Of a stretch of DNA of 64,000 nt, positions 62,325 through 64,000 are shown piece after piece (the first letter of the stretch is position 1; every line of letters begins with the position of its first letter). Origin of the DNA: Microcoleus sp. (GTDB lineage Bacteria; Cyanobacteriota; Cyanobacteriia; Cyanobacteriales; Microcoleaceae). The notes under the pieces are model-generated. The model saw nothing but the letters and a program-made list of their open reading frames with translations. It had not been told where the DNA came from and did not search any database. The position numbers were made by a program, and so were the translations under genes. The DNA lies in assembly GCA_052279835.1 (NCBI GenBank), contig CP181291.1:2400001-2464000 (forward strand), written 5' to 3'.

Positions 62325-64000
62325 TCAAGAAGCACTCTTTTTAGGAGTCACTATCCGTTCGATACTCATAGCACCCACGCTCAATGTCACCACAGCCATG
62401 CCGAGAATTGCTACAGGCTTTAACTTCTCATTAATGATCAGAAATCCGAAAAGCGCAGTCATCGCAGGTCCCAAAGTGCCAATTACTGATGCTAAAGCAG
62501 CCCCCGCAAATCGGATGGCAAAATTATTTAAAAGATAGCTAAACAGAGTCAGTACACCTAAAATTACACCCCCAACAATCAAACCAGGCCAAACATTTTG
62601 GTCGATACTAGGAGCAAAATTTTCTGACAGTGGCACCCACAAACTCAGGGCAGAAAACACAAAAATCGCGGCAAAATTGACTAAACTAAAAGGAATTGGA
62701 TGCAGTTTGCCAGCGGCCATTTGCGTCAGCAATACGTAGCCAGCAAAAGTAATCCCTGAACAAACTGCGGCTGTCACTCCCACTGCCACATTGCCACCGC
62801 CGGGAGTCGGAGAGGCAAAACTGGGCCACCCAGCTAAAATCAAGCCTGCGGTAATACCGCAAATCGCTAACAATCCCACTGTGCTGGGGCGTGAACCAAA
62901 CAAGATCCAAGAGCCGAGTACCGTGACGATCGGATAAATAAAGAAAATCGTAATCGCAATTCCCGCCGGAATATTGCCGATCGCCAAATAAATCAAAACC
63001 TGAGACAAAAACAGAAAAAATGCGCTTCCTAAAACCTTACTCCACAAAGCTCGATCGCCAGACTGGAACAACCGCCTGATATCTTTCCAGACAGAAGGAT
63101 AAAGAAAAGTCGCCAACACAGGCATCAAAGCCATCACCACGATCAACCGCATCAACAAAATCAACAGAGAATTTCCAAAGCCAGGAGTCACCACCCCAGG
63201 CACTTCAAACCAGCCGAAAATCACCCTCGGATTTCTGCTCTTAATCAGAATTCTCAAACAAACATTAAATATCGACAATACCACCGCTGAAGACAAAGCC
63301 AACATCAAACCAGTCTGCATTTGAGAAGGTGCTTTAGCCACTGCTGCTGTCGGCTGCACCGGATGAGGCCGTGGAACTGATTCGTGGCTATCAGCAGGTA
63401 AAGCAGGCATAATTTGTGGACGGACAGAATTAGTTAATTCCTCTGGATAGGAATCTTCTGCATCAAAAGGATTGTCAAGATATGCTTCTTCTTCTTCAAG
63501 TTCTTCCCTGATGCGGTTTACTAGATTCTGCAATAACTCTTCGCCTTGTCGCTCCAAGGTTTGCATATTGTTTAGCCGCACCGACAATTCACTTTCATAG
63601 CTGCTCAAATCTTGTTGCAGCATCTGAAAACTGCGATCGATCCGATCGTCTAGCGCCGCCAATAACTCAGAAGCGCGTTCATCATAGTTACTTGGTGGCA
63701 TCGGTATGGGGAACTCGCCGCTAGGAATGGGACTACTGAGAGAATGTCCCGAATTAGCACTGAGTTCGTTAAACCGCTGCACTAACAAATCTTGGAGATT
63801 GTGAGCCAAAACTTGAGCCAACTGTTTGAGCCACAACTGCTGCTGATGAATATATCGCCCAGACAAAGATTCCATTTGCTGAGACTGCAATTTACGATAT
63901 TGCTGTCTCAGGCTTTCAATATCCTGAATCAAGTGATTTTTTTCACTTTGGAGCCGTGTAATGTCCTGATTTAACTGGCCCTTGACATTTTCATGCAAAG
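62325..64000 (-). CDS. sepJ: SepJ/FraG-like coiled-coil + DMT (EamA) permease; 5' end probably beyond the window
   Basis: N-terminal coiled coil (QQQLWLKQLAQVLA), short Pro-rich linker, ~10 TM EamA domain. Confidence 0.7.
   Translation of the reverse strand, partial: LHENVKGQLNQDITRLQSEKNHLIQDIESLRQQYRKLQSQQMESLSGRYIHQQQLWLKQLAQVLAHNLQDLLVQRFNELSANSGHSLSSPIPSGEFPIPMPPSNYDERASELLAALDDRIDRSFQMLQQDLSSYESELSVRLNNMQTLERQGEELLQNLVNRIREELEEEEAYLDNPFDAEDSYPEELTNSVRPQIMPALPADSHESVPRPHPVQPTAAVAKAPSQMQTGLMLALSSAVVLSIFNVCLRILIKSRNPRVIFGWFEVPGVVTPGFGNSLLILLMRLIVVMALMPVLATFLYPSVWKDIRRLFQSGDRALWSKVLGSAFFLFLSQVLIYLAIGNIPAGIAITIFFIYPIVTVLGSWILFGSRPSTVGLLAICGITAGLILAGWPSFASPTPGGGNVAVGVTAAVCSGITFAGYVLLTQMAAGKLHPIPFSLVNFAAIFVFSALSLWVPLSENFAPSIDQNVWPGLIVGGVILGVLTLFSYLLNNFAIRFAGAALASVIGTLGPAMTALFGFLIINEKLKPVAILGMAVVTLSVGAMSIERIVTPKKSAS

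Overview
Chromosomal window from a filamentous cyanobacterium, inferred to be Oscillatoriales/Microcoleus-like from abundant HIP1 GCGATCGC, heptamer STRR repeats and a sepJ-like gene. Main result: a 15,762-bp integrated virus-like element (12378-28155) bounded by the 16-bp direct repeat CTTATTCCAACATATC. It splits a SOUL heme-binding protein gene, and precise excision restores a 172-aa ORF. The element encodes a tyrosine integrase, a replication-like module (DUF1064-type nuclease, P-loop ATPase, phage Dam-type methylase) and a block of unknown, probably structural genes including a fibre/spike. I see no terminase, portal or HK97 capsid. It carries eight copies of a 26-bp bipartite motif (TTTA-N6-TAAATA-N6-TAAA), two long perfect hairpins and a 5'-truncated tRNA(CAU). 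Other notable parts: an IS608-like TnpB element inserted exactly in the clpS stop codon; a stand-alone IS605 right-end/omegaRNA-like unit; and a complete CheA/W/R/B/C/Y chemosensory cluster with a Nik1-type poly-HAMP receptor, next to an adenylate cyclase and a hybrid kinase. The rest is mostly housekeeping (tsaC, murF, gltD, clpC, moeB, hisZ, suhB, tRNA-Ser). All calls are by eye; no database searches were run.
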